Shown: positions 13,098 through 26,200 of the stretch, in pieces
How positions within the stretch are numbered: the stretch's first letter is position 1
How the letters are laid out: each line of letters starts with the position of its first letter
Made by a program: the position numbers and the translations under genes
Assembly: GCA_002633005.1 (NCBI GenBank)
Contig: NMRA01000320.1
Span: 64,720 to 128,719, forward strand
Length of the DNA stretch: 64,000 nucleotides
DNA from: Phoronis australis
Lineage: Eukaryota; Animalia; Phoronida
Reading direction: 5' to 3'
The notes under the pieces: generated by a model
Told to the model about the DNA's origin: nothing
What the model saw: the letters and a program-made list of their open reading frames with translations, nothing else
Databases searched by the model: none

Positions 13098-14456
13098 CTA
13101 GCACATAAAATGCATCCAGGCATTCTCATGAGATGAAGGAAACGACCTTTGGTAGCACTCAATATTGTAATTTTGACCAAAATTACTATCCCAATATAAG
13201 TTGCCATCAACAGAATAGCAAATACAAAATGATAGCTTCCCTCCTACTGGCATGTCTGAGGGTGCCACAATACTGAAGGAGAAACGATCAGTGGGCCCGT
13301 CGCAGGAGTTTGGCACATAGTTTGAATGAACATCAGTAAAAGTAACCCAGTTGTTCACAGTGTAGCGAACCTTCACTGCCTTGTGATACGAAATGTTAGC
13401 CACACGAATAGTACCAGTGATAGTCATGTCAGTAATCATAGCATTCTCAAGACATACAAGTTGATCTTTGACTCGTTTAAGAAAATTTTCTGAAGCACCT
13501 GGCTGAGGGAACTGGGCTGACAAATATCGACATGGCAAATCGCTGGAAGAGCTTTGAAGATCAGGCAAAGCCAATCGCGGATCAAAGGGTTGCAAGTGAG
13601 CTTTTGCAGACAAAGGTATCCTTGGAGGGGAATCTAAGTTCAAAATATGTCGTACTGACTCCAAGTCCAAGCCTAAAGTGTCCGCAAAACGAACTACCTT
13701 TTTACGACGAGGTGTGTCTGGTGGAGTTTTATCAGCCTTTAGGGAGGAGCTCCTGCGCAAATCCTCTCGATTAAATCGGAACTCTTCGTCATTGTAAATA
13801 GGACTGTTGGCATCAACAAGGTCCCAAAATGACGCAGATTCATTCCATGAAGAACTAGTACTAGTACATTCATGTAACTCAGTGGTGTCTGAGGATGGAG
13901 GCACAGCTATTGCGTTTTGTGGATTATCATTCTTATCAATCTCAACTTCTTCAATTGTAACCGATGTTTCTTGAGACGAAGACACGTTTGTTGCTGTATC
14001 ATCGCATTTTTTCTTATTTATGTCTATTTTCAATTTTGCAAAACGCGACCTCCGCGACGTAAACCCAGAGTCTTCAGACCCTGTGTCACAGCCGCTTATA
14101 CTGGAGGTCGTCTGCTCGTTTTCAAGGTCACTCGAGTTATCACAGGTATGAAAGCTTTCTGAATCCGAATCCTCCCCAGTAATGCTACTAACCGTGCTGC
14201 CATTTGTCCCTCTGTTGATCTCGAGATCAAACAACAGTTCCTCGTCGACTTCCCGGTCCGGTCTGTGGGTTTTTTCCGAATTTTCTTGACAGTCGTCTGC
14301 GAGCATTTGCTCGTTGTCTGCCATGCTCAATTCCGCAAACGGAACAGTCGGTGTTGCAGACTTATCGTTGTTGTTATTATTATTATTAAACAACGACAGT
14401 CTAACATCACACGCCAATCGCATCACGTCGTGGAGGCATCCAAAATGGGACGTCAT
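13098..14456 (-). CDS. PPP1R3: Protein phosphatase 1 glycogen-targeting regulatory subunit (PPP1R3 family, Gbs-76A-like), intronless ORF
   Basis: 452-aa ORF with a PP1-docking RVxF motif (KKVVRFADTLGLDL) preceded by RSSSLKADKTPPDTP. C-terminal CBM21 domain (GTIRVANISYHKAVKVRYT..W..F, FCICYSVDGNLYWDSNFGQNY). The true start could be the later MADNEQ methionine. Confidence 0.95.
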   Translation of the reverse strand: MTSHFGCLHDVMRLACDVRLSLFNNNNNNNDKSATPTVPFAELSMADNEQMLADDCQENSEKTHRPDREVDEELLFDLEINRGTNGSTVSSITGEDSDSESFHTCDNSSDLENEQTTSSISGCDTGSEDSGFTSRRSRFAKLKIDINKKKCDDTATNVSSSQETSVTIEEVEIDKNDNPQNAIAVPPSSDTTELHECTSTSSSWNESASFWDLVDANSPIYNDEEFRFNREDLRRSSSLKADKTPPDTPRRKKVVRFADTLGLDLESVRHILNLDSPPRIPLSAKAHLQPFDPRLALPDLQSSSSDLPCRYLSAQFPQPGASENFLKRVKDQLVCLENAMITDMTITGTIRVANISYHKAVKVRYTVNNWVTFTDVHSNYVPNSCDGPTDRFSFSIVAPSDMPVGGKLSFCICYSVDGNLYWDSNFGQNYNIECYQRSFPSSHENAWMHFMC

Positions 14457-17400
14457 GCCTGTCCATTCAATAAATACTGAAGCGAAACATGGCGTTTATC
14501 AGAATGACGAAACTGTACGTGATCCACTTCTCGCCATTCACTCGGGATTGTAAACACTCAATGACGTCACAGCACAGAATAACACGACTTAAAAATAGCA
14601 TGAATGAGGTAAATGTGAAATCACGAAACTGTTATTTTGTCGCCTCGGTCCTAGGGTCTAAGACGCGGAAAAGACTTTTTGTAACTGTCAATGGACAGAT
14701 CCAGGCCACTGGTGTCCAGACGGTCATCGGCCTTACCTATCAAAAGGTCATTGCCGTCTTTGACATAATGAAAGCTGCGGTCACTTCACTCAACCTTTAC
14801 ACTAAAGATGACGTTGCGAACAACCAGGGTAGTCAATAAAGGAACATTCGAGAATGCTCTCAATTTTGTGACACATTGACCCGTTTTTGGCCTTGACCCA
14901 GTGTACTGACGGTGACACCATGAACATGTATAGCGGCATTGGAACAAACAACAAAAATAAAAAACAATAATAGTCTCCAATAACGTAAATATGAACAGCC
15001 TATCAGTGATACGCCAAGGCACCCGCGCCGGCGGTGAATACCGGCGGGGGCCGAACTAAGGCCTGACACTCCGCGAGCTAACCCATAATTTTGACAGAGA
15101 TGTGTAGCATGTCAGAGAACGTGGACTTGAAGAAGCCATCCAGAAAGACGCCTGACCCTTTCACCCGAGTTTTGTACCGGAAACAGCTTCCTTTTTAAGC
15201 ATTCAATAACCTTAAAGTTTCCGTCTCTTAAAGCCGTCTTTTTACCGTAGTGCCACAACTGCACACAAACCTAGGACTATGCTCCCAGATCCAACAGCTC
15301 ACATCTATCAGAACAGGGGTTTCACTTTTCTTCGCCAGTCCAGGATGACTAGGAAGCCGGTTTCCGGTCGTGGGTGAGCGTCAGCTGTGGCGGATGCAGA
15401 CCCGGCCCATGACCGGTGCGGGGCACAAACTCCGACGCTCAGTAGAGCCGGAAAACCCCAACCAGGCAGGAAGGCAGTAACCACTGAGAACCCTAATTAT
15501 CTTGTCCACACGTTTCAACAAATTTTCACGAGAATGGGTTACTTAATTTTTACCACTGAGACCTATAGGAACTGACGATTTTGACCTGTAGAAGGACACT
15601 TTTATGAAATTCACGTTATATAGGGTGCTAAGATGTTCTCACCGTGTCGATCTTAACCGTTATAAAAGCCACCTCATAGCGCCAGCTCAGTGCCGATCAT
15701 CCCGAGAGGGAATACGCGTACGCAGAGGGAGAAATAGCATCACCGTGGAATTGAAAATACGAAACATACACTCGGAAACTCCCCTAATATAGCCTACTGT
15801 ATTTTCGTCTACTTCACAGAGAGTAAATTGCGCCTAAATCCAAGGCACTTTGCAGCCTGTTCCGGGATCATGATCCCTGGTAAATTGCCCTTTCAACATC
15901 CCTTGTTGAAGCACGGCAACCACAATTTCTGTAAATTTTTAGTTTCTGGTGGTTGACCGAATTTCGTCAACTTACACCAAAAAGAAACCAATTTCTTAGA
16001 AATTTATAACAGACTGGCAAAAATTATTATGTTCAAGGGTGCATCTATGTTCATGCACTGATCCATCGTCGATTTCTTTCGAGCTTCTAACTGTTGCAAT
16101 ATCGTCTAGGAAAAAGTCGATTTTTATGGATACATAATCATATGAATCAGAATTAAAGAACGCACCCTTACAGCTAGGCTACTAAAAGGAAGTATTTATT
16201 TAGTACAAATATTAGGCCGTCATACGGTAACACAAAATGCACACACAGCGCGGCATTTCATTTAAATGCAGATTTGTTAAGTTGCTCAATTTTTTCAAAT
16301 CCATAATTCACAATACCGAAGTTTTCTGGGGACAAGGTCGACACACTCGAAAATATCAGTTTGGGGACCATATGTTAAATCCACTGTGACATATACATCC
16401 AACAGGGCGTTTATGAGCCGTCTCCCAATAATTCATTCTCGTGAACGTGAATTCTGGTTCATTTTAGTGATATCTTGTTCAGGTATATATATTAAATTTG
16501 TATTCTAAGAATCGGAGAAATCGTTGATCACGATTGCCTATTTCGTGCGACATGTGCGAATTTCCAATGAATAATTCTCTTTATTAAAAACCTTGCACAA
16601 ATATTAATCTTTAAAAGAAATGCTATTCTTGAAATATTTCCGGGAAGGACACGTATAATTTCATTTTATGAAACCATCTTTATGTAGGAGTTGGTGGCAT
16701 CCAGTCTATAAATATCAGGAAAAATAAAACCAATATTGAACATACATTTCAACTGAGTGACATCGTCATGTAATTTACAAATAGTGGTCTTCAAGCTCTT
16801 CACACTCCTGCCATCATTTCGATGTTCGTTAATTTTTTTCTTATTGCAGTCTCACATTTTTGGCTGTTTGGGCCGTATGATGACGCTGGGCGCCTCCTAA
16901 AATTATTCTTGCGTCAAAGCTTTGCTTGCTTTTAGTAGACCCCGGTCGGTAACAGGAACTCGGGTGTGCAGTACCTGATGCAAAGATTGTAAAGAGGCAA
17001 CAAGCCCACGCCTTTTGTCAAAAACAAAGTTTGGATTTGGCAAAGTTCTGTTGTAAATCGGTATCACGTTAATCCTTACTCCGATTAGAGATAGCAGGTG
17101 GCGCAGTTACGGGCGATGATATTACAGTCGGCGGAATTACTGAGGGCAAAATAACAGCCAACGAAATTACTAACGGCGAAATGACAAGCGGCGGAATTAC
17201 AGACGATATATACTGTTTCCAATTTCATGACATTGCTTTACGAAAGCAAATACGCCTGTGAATAATGTTAATGACATTGGCTTTAAATGATCTACAAAGT
17301 AAGGGGGCGGCGCAGCACTGAAAAAAGGGGGGCTAAAGCCTCCCCAGCCACCCCCCCGTGGTGCATCACCTACAGACCATATGCAGCGTAGCACTGGAAA

Positions 17401-20293
17401 AATGGGGGGCTATAGCCCCCCAGCCCCCTATGGTGCGCCAGTATGACGTTTCCAAATTATCTCAAGGAGAAAGTCGCAAAGAAACGTCCACATATATCAA
17501 AGAGCAAACAATAACTTAGTGCATATGACGTCACCAATTCCAGACAAAAATAATTGCCAACAGTGCCCTTTTCCCTTCTTACATTGTTGTAAATGCCCAG
17601 AAATTTCAAAATTTGATGATAAAAATCTACAAAATTTGAATACCGTGAAGCATTTGGTGCCATATATTTTAAATAAAAATGAGGGCGAGGCATTCAGGAG
17701 ACAGTGGGACAGACCATCAGCCATTGGCAAGCCATACCACCAAAAGATCATTTCTCAATTCGAACTTGCAGTAATGTTAAAATCGATAACTTGCACTTGA
17801 CACAGGGGGTACCAGATTTACAGAACTATTTGAAAACGCCCATTATTCAGTGAAGAAACTGGCTCCCAACACAAATATTACAAAAGTTACCTGTCACAAA
17901 AATTAGTCCCTGAGAATATGATGGGTTCAATCTGAAGAATGCGAAATTCAGTAGACCAAGATACACCAGACTTGTTTAAGGTTATGTAGGACCATGTCTT
18001 GAGTCTGTAAATTTATCCAAATGTCAAAACTATAGATTTTAATTTTGTAAAAGTCGTTGAACTTGATTTTTTGACTTAATGGCAGTAATTTGGTCAGGTG
18101 ACCACACATTTTTGGCAAAATTTAGCAAAATCAAAAGGTACAGTCATAGCAAAACAACAGGAGCAATAGCCTGACCAGTTTCCATTTGATATAAATGTTC
18201 ACAATAATATCTCAAAAATGCTGTTATAGTTTTCCAAATTATCATTTCCTTTTTGGACAAAAATCATAAATGTCATATTTTTTTAGTTCCTCAGGCAAAA
18301 GTGGAACATTATAAAAACAAGAGCAAGGCAGAGCGTTAAAATGTGCCCTTGAATGCACCACAGCAAACGCTGTGCTTCAAGAGTTGTTCATTTCTATCAT
18401 AAAAATGGCCACTAGAGGGCGCAACATGTCCAATCCATCTGAAAATGGAACAAGCCATCGCTTCTTTAATAGAAAGCTATTTACCAAATTTCATAAAAAT
18501 CTGTCAAGGAACATCAGAGAAACAAAGGAAATCCCTCATTCATTGACAAAGACCTGGCGGACCAGGTCAAAATGTCTGCAAATAACCTATCACCTCTCTA
18601 AGTAAGTAATCATCTTATACTACAATGCCTCTAGAGACCAATCACAAACCTATTCTCCAGAATCACCTTCATGCACAATTCAAAATAAATCAAATCAGTA
18701 TTGTGAAGGAGCACAAAGCAGGAAGTGATAATAAATGGCACTCCCATTAAACTAACAGTGTGGTCACATCGTACACATTGACTTGTCCATTTCCTCCTCT
18801 GATTCTAATCATTTGAACTACTGTTGAAACTCACCAGACCACAACATCCTACCGAGCAGCACATACAACCGAACTTTTCACAACAGCAAACTTCCGATTA
18901 TTTTAATTAATTCTTCCACTATGTTGCACTAAACTAATGGCCAATTTCTAAAAGGTGACCCCGAGATGTAAAATAACACGCATCTAGCACACACCATGCC
19001 AACAAAAATAGAATTTCTTTAATGCTCATTTTTTAGAAATTTGAAAAAATAAAATTGAACACTTTCGGTATATTGTACGATCATTAGAATTACAAAACAC
19101 CAATTCCAAACAATACAAAATGTAGAAGTGTCAGTTCATGCAATGGACTGCACGGTTTCACGTGCAACTTCTTTCAAATTTCACCAAAAAAGCAAAGCTA
19201 GTTCTTGTCTGTACCCCGACTCGGCTTGAAAAAAGAAAAAAGTGCTTGCCTGCATCATTTCAGCCACGTCTCAAATTTTAAAAAGTCCTACAAAGGCATG
19301 CAGTCAGATATTAGGCAGTTGCTTGTCCAGTGAGGCACAAGTATCTGCAAATGCTGGCTGTAGCACTGAAACTAGTTTGAGCAAATAAACACCGCTTCTG
19401 CTTGACTCAGGATTTTTTTTAAAAAGCGGACAACTGACCTTAAATGAATAGTAAAACAATGCCGTTATGAACTACATATTCCCAATGAGGATTTCAATTC
19501 ATTTTTTGCATGACATCATGAATACTAACTGAAGCTATAATTGGCCAATAATAATAAGTGATGTCCCCCCCCCCCGACTGAGATTCAATTACATTGGCCA
19601 TAAGTCGCTATTTGGCAGCACACTGAACCATGTGACCTAATTTCAGCACGACATTAAAAGTTATATTACCGTGCCTAAATGTGCGGCAAAGTTCAAAATG
19701 GTCAATAAGCTTGTTGCAAAACAAAGAAGTTTGGGAATATGAGGTCAGCTTTAGGATCAGTTGGCTTGGTGTCGCCACCAGCAATCTGAGGTCGCATGTA
19801 CTGATCTGGGTGTTCATCAAATTGGATGCTGCTGTATGGAATCTATCCATTTATGCTCAAGTTGGTAAGTCCTGGGTGACCGGCTTAGAAATGACGGGGA
19901 AGTAAATCCTGGAATCTAGTTTTTAGTTAGTTGCACCAAACCTAAATTTTCGTTTACATGACACACGATCTATTGGAAATAACAAGAAAATATTGTTTTA
20001 TCACTGATTTTATTTACATAATAATAATGACTAAATATTTGTTAGGTATTAATGAATAAGTTGGGATAGTTGAGACAAAAACCTTGCGTTTATTCCTTCC
20101 AAGGTGAGCATTCCATGAGCAATGTTCAACAGTCTCGTTGGGTGAGTATGTCACTAAAACACAATCCTACAACACTGTCCGATGTGATACGCACAAGATA
20201 CTTTTTAACACCGACCCACTGGCAATGTCTGATGTTCTAAATCCTCCTCTTGGTGTCGCCACAATCTACCTTTCACAACACGTCTTCCCTCCA

Positions 20294-23200
20294 TCACGAG
20301 TCTGACTTCTCTATAACCAATGGGGGGTCCTTATAGAGATGACTCAGAGAAGTCTGAAAAACATCCCACTTATTACCATGGTATCACAACAATATAAAAT
20401 GAAAGCCAGCCAGCTGCATGCTTACATAGGTGACAGAAGGAACAACGGTATCCGAAAATCTCGAATAATTCAAAAAGTAGACGTCGTAGCGCACAATGGA
20501 AAATATCTTCTGGAAGCCAGTTCAAAACTCTGTCTAAAGTGATAGTTTAGCAAAAATCCAAAACATTTTTCGAAAAAATTGAAAATTTGCCGTTTTTTTG
20601 AAATTCAAAGTCAAATAACTGGAAAACAGTAAGTCTGAGAAATACACTCTCGCAGACTTTTTGAAAGGCCGTACTTAAAGGAATCCACATGCAAAAATTC
20701 ACGTCATTTGCTCTTCCCATTAAAAACGCGACAGCAGAACGATTGAAACCGTGTGAACATGTGCTACAGCCGCCATCTTGAAAGTGACTTCCGGTTCAAT
20801 AAACTTTTATAAAAGCTTATTAAACTCAACAAACACGTGACCAGTTTGAAAGTGATTGGTTCGCAAATGCGCCCTCTACAGGAGAAAATGTTTTTGGCCA
20901 TATTTCGGGGTGCGCATGCGCCACTTCCAATATTTCTGCCATCTCTGACCAGAAGTCAACGTTTTTCGGCACAGTTGTAGCACGTGTTCTATAATAATCG
21001 TACCAAGTTTCAGCTCTGTACGTCAAAAAACGCGGCCTCTATGAGCATTTGAATGTGAAATCAGAAACAAAATGGCCTCCACATCCACCATTTTGAATGC
21101 GATCATGACCAAAAACAATAGGCTTCCAGGACTTTCTGATCTACACGTCGTGTGTAAATTTCGTGAAAATCGGATGAAAATTGCGACCTGTTGAGTGCGA
21201 ACAAAAAAAAAACTTGACGACAGAGCAACATACTTGTCGGAATTCAAAGAATTCTGCCAAGTAACAGTGGGTAGGAGTCTCAGGGGCGACAGAGGTACTT
21301 TTGATATCTATAATCAATATTTTCTTATTTGACTTTTTTTTCAGTTGCTCATTTTGCAAAACGTTTTCACATTACATGATAGATCTCGGTTATGAAATCT
21401 GACTTCACTACAATAAGGTTATCTAGGACCTTATCAGCAAATCAGTGAATTCAGCCAAATATCTACAGAAGTATTGATTTTAACTCAGAAAAAAATATAG
21501 ATTTTGTAAAAGTAGAAATCCTGTAAAAATTGAGCAGTGGTTTCTTTCTTCACAACTAGTAAGAACATATTTACCCTTGACAGTTTCGGCTCCTATCAGC
21601 CATCTTTCAAAGTTATTGGATGGTAGGTGGCTTGGTAATCAGGCTGTTCCAAATTCTAGACAAGTTATAACCTTCATCATCCCTGTTCATGACCGACACA
21701 CTTTTCTTCAATCAGACTGACTCTCTTATCCATCTAGATCTTAGATTACTTTCCGACTCAACAGGACGTGCATCCTCCCAGTTAATTACATGATAACAAC
21801 CAAGAGCATGATCAGTCAAAGCAGATTTGCTAATGGTACTCTGAGACCATTTCCTCTCTGAACGTGTCAAACGTGATGATGTACGTCCAGTTGAGTATTT
21901 AAGTAATCCAAGATCTAGACGAATGAGAGACTCAGTTTGGGTCAAGAAAAGTGGATTGGTCATGAACAGAGACAATAGAGGTTATGTTGTCAAGAATTTG
22001 GAACAGCCTGATCACCACGTCACCCAGCGTCCAATAACTTTGAAAGATGGCTGCTGATAGGAGTTGAAACTCTCAAAAGTAAATATGTGCTGCCATATAG
22101 CAAAACATCAAGAGACAAGACAAACAAACAAACTAAAATACTAGCTATATTTCAAGAAGAAAGGAGATTGTTCTGACACTATGAGCGACTTAGTATCAAG
22201 CTTTCAAACAAAACGTTTAGTCGTGTTTTCAACGAAGTTTGTGTGAACAAGGGCTGCTACTGATATCTCAAAAACGTTGCCGTTCTCTAAACTGTTATTT
22301 CATTTTTCGTTCATGCAACTTATATTTTTTAATAAAAATCACAGTAGTACTGCTTCTGATAGCTCCTTATTCAAGCGTAAAATATTTTAAAAACAATTTA
22401 AAATAGTAAAAACTAAAACAACCAGCGCCGGTACTAAAATATATTAAAATATTCCCCACACTCGAAACGTGCGAAATATCTTAATATATTTTAGTACCGA
22501 CGCTAGTCGTTTTAGTTTTAATAGTTTTGCTATTTTATATTTTTATCCGTAGGTAGCTGCACGGCATTCCAACATCTATTTGATTAAAACATATTCCTAT
22601 GGTAAAATATCACCAATTTCAAATAAAAAGTATTTGGCAAAACTGCTCTTTTTTACAATTTTTCAAAATGTGTGACCATAGATACACGTTATCTATAGTC
22701 TATGGTGTGACAGTAGCTATGCTACAGAATTTGAGGCTATGAATCTTTTACAAAAAAGAGAATAATATTTCATTTATCCTGCCATACTGCGACTTAAATT
22801 GGTGAGATTTCACATTAACAACATTTTAAAATGATACAATTCATGCACCACATGGGAATCCGAACAACTATTTCTTATATTTGACATTTCAACGTCAGGG
22901 AAATTTAAAATTTTGAAGGGTCCTACATAACCATGTAAATCTTGAACCAGCGTGGAAACCTAGATTACAAACATTTTTAAAGAGGAAATTGCAAGGTCCA
23001 AACCAATCTGAACAACAATATGGTGTAAATTCTAGTTTATAATTATCATTGCTATATTCTTAACATTAACTGAATTGTACGTCGCTATACAAAGTTATTT
23101 ACATATTTAGTGCCGCGGTGTTGTAACGCCATCATTGTAACGGAGAATAGAAACGGCGCCATTTTCGTTCGTTACACATCTGTGTTCTGGTGTTGGGGAA

Positions 23201-26200
23201 CACAAAGGAAACAATATGTGTCCAAGAGAGTACAGCAGCGTAGATGAGGAATACTTTGAACGATACAGGGAAGGACAGGTGGACTTTTCAGATGATTCCG
23301 ACCTTTCGGACGTGGAGGTGGAGATGACAGATCCCAGAGGAGTTAGGGGGGCCAGGGCACAGTATTAGCCAGGATTTTGCCCGTCAGACATTCACATCCC
23401 CAAACAGTCAAATGGAATCTGGAAGAACTTTAGGCGGGGCATGGCCCCCCTCTAAATCTGCCATTAGTTTCAATATGAGAACATAGTATATCACCGGGTT
23501 TATCTATACAAACGGGACAGCCAAATGCCACATACAAAAGCTTTTCACAATTTCCACTACTGGTACTATAAACACTCTGGCATTGCTATCTGTACCACTA
23601 TCAAAAATTTGATCTAAAACATTGGTAGTGACGGAAAGAAATTCCAGTGCTGTCCACTGACAAAGCTGCCAGTCTGAATTTATCTGTGCCACGGCATCCT
23701 CCTTGGACACATCTGGAGCACCAGCAGTCGGCATTGGAGGGGCATCAATTTCTAAGCGAATTACAAGATCTCCAGCTTCTCTTTTGTTCCGCACTAAGTG
23801 GAAGGTGTTCTCCTTTCATTTACATACTCTGAAAAGCACAACAGTGGCAATTCAAAAGTAAAAAAAACATTTTGAATCCAGAGCAGTCTATGATTAAAGT
23901 AAAACACGACGATATCTAATTGCAAGTTTTCGCCTACTTTTGTAACCTTCAAGCAAAAGCCAAAACTAGATTTTAGTCCTGTTTTTCTTGAAGCAGACTA
24001 CTTTAATAATCAAAACCTTGGAATTAAGTTACCATTGTGTTTTACTTTATTCATAGTCTGCATTCTTTTCAAAATGCATGCATCTTTTGAGATCAGCTTT
24101 ATTTGTTGTGGCTTTTAGTTTTACTGATCCATTTATAACTAAATCTTTCATGGAAAAACAACAGATTTTAAACATTTGAGAACTATGGTGATTGTGAAAA
24201 AAGATCGTTATTGTTCAGGCACTGCGAAAGCGTCATGAATTATTAGACATCAAAATTCTCAAGGTACCTTACCTTTTTATAAGACCAGCTTCAACCTTCA
24301 TGATGTGTTTGTCGTCAAAGCAGCCGTCCTCAAAATGGTCCGAGCATATTTCGGCTCAGACAGATGGCTGACTCGACAGTCATTTTCCAAAGACGAGCAG
24401 AGCACACGAAAACGTGCCATTACGCGGCCAGATGCTTGTCTTTTTAGAGTTTAAATGGGCTCACGCCTTCCACCTGAGTGGTGTTAAAATAGTTAGCGCA
24501 CACACACCGATGCATCATGGCTAAAACACGCCAAGGTTGAACGGTCTTTGTTCTTCTTGTACTGTGATATAATAGCGGTGAACTGCATTGTGGGATATGA
24601 TCTGGTTTGTGTTCCCCAACACCATGTCACGGTGTCAAATGTCAACTTTTCGCGCATTTTTTTATTTTCGCTTTTTTAAAATAACTAAAGATACATTAAT
24701 ACGATGATTTGAATAAAATACATCCAAATAGCAATACCTTGAAGATATTATTGCAATTTAACATACTTGGACCTTGCAAATTACACTTTAAGTCTGGTCT
24801 GCACGCCACCTGTTGGCCACATCGTGTGACTCAATGAATGTGAGTCTGGTCTGCACACTACATCACAGACTTACGTTCATTAGGTCACGTGGCATGCAGA
24901 CCAGATTTAAAATGTTTCTGGTCCTACATAACTTTAAAATAAATTTTGTTTCAAATTCAAAAGTGCTACAAATCCACCTTCTGTAAACAAAACTTTAGAT
25001 TTAGACCATGTGCGACTATAAAACAGGTCTCAGCTGAGTCCATACTCACATTAAAGCCGATTCCCAGGATTGGGAAGAACTAAAAGTTTGTAACTCTTTG
25101 AGAAGAGTCTCAACAACTGGCCATGTTCTGTGCCAAGAAGAGTCTCAACAAGTGGCCATGTTCTGTGCCAAGAAGCAGTGGAGTCGTCAGTTCTTACCAA
25201 GCCCATAAATCTCTCCTCATCTGAGTAGGGAATACGCCAAGACCATCTGAGTAGGGAACAGGCAAAGACCATCTGAGTAGGGAACACGCCAAGACCATCT
25301 GAGTAGGGAACAGGCCAAGACCATCTGAGTAGGGAACAGGCCAAGACCATCTGAGTAGGGAACAGGCCAAGACCATCTGAGTAGGGAACACCCCTAGACC
25401 ATCTGAGTAGGGAACACGCCAAGACCGTCTGAGTAGGGAACAGGCCAAGACCATCTGAGTAGGGCTTAAAGTGAAACTTGCAAATTCCTTGGTTAAATTT
25501 AGTTAGAAACACAACATATAGTGACAATGTGAAGAAAGTGAAGTAATTTGAAAATTGCCAAATGTTTTTAAGATAATGATCCGCTGTAAATAAATCAACC
25601 GTGTCCAGTATCATGATGTGGTACTTAGGAATACTATGTGAGCCCCAAAGGTATGTCACAAGTGCAAAGGTCACGTATTTGCAGAATTTTTTGTTTTCAC
25701 ATTTTAAGTTGTCAATGAATACAACTGCACTTTGTTTAGCACAGTTAATTTTCAAATATAATTGTCATTTAATTCCTGCTATACATTAGCATAGTTAGGA
25801 GCATGCAAATACATCTTTAATAAACTGCTCCATTCCTATTTTATATTACTTTGAAGTTGGACATTCTCGACCCGGTCAATGTGACTTTAAGATAAAAATC
25901 CCTTAATTTCTCACAATGAAATGTCAAGTAATCGTGTCAAAATTATAGAAACCATCTTCACGAAAATGTTGTTTCATGGAAATTTCTGACCTTCATTTCT
26001 CAGCAAACCTTTCCTGATTGTATTCTTTGACTTATCAATATGCATATGCCGCACAATGATGCAAATGCGCACATTGTGCCTTTGTTTGCAATCTGCTAGC
26101 CTACGTGACTGAGTAAATGATTTGCGGATATACATGTTTTCTTCCTGTCTTTGATTGATCCAGCCAGTGCAATAGTTCATTCATTAACAGAAAATCTTGG

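Noticed and set aside
17980-24933. One 7-kb composite transposon bounded by (G/A)GTTATGTAGGACCA and TTAA
   Set aside because: It would enclose the conserved LYRM4 last exon; several independent family-B ends explain the match more simply.
25218-25463. 26-bp repeat array as a CRISPR array, or the 234-aa ORF over it as a gene
   Set aside because: Units are contiguous with no unique spacers, the context is a eukaryotic intron, and the ORF is a by-product of the repeat.
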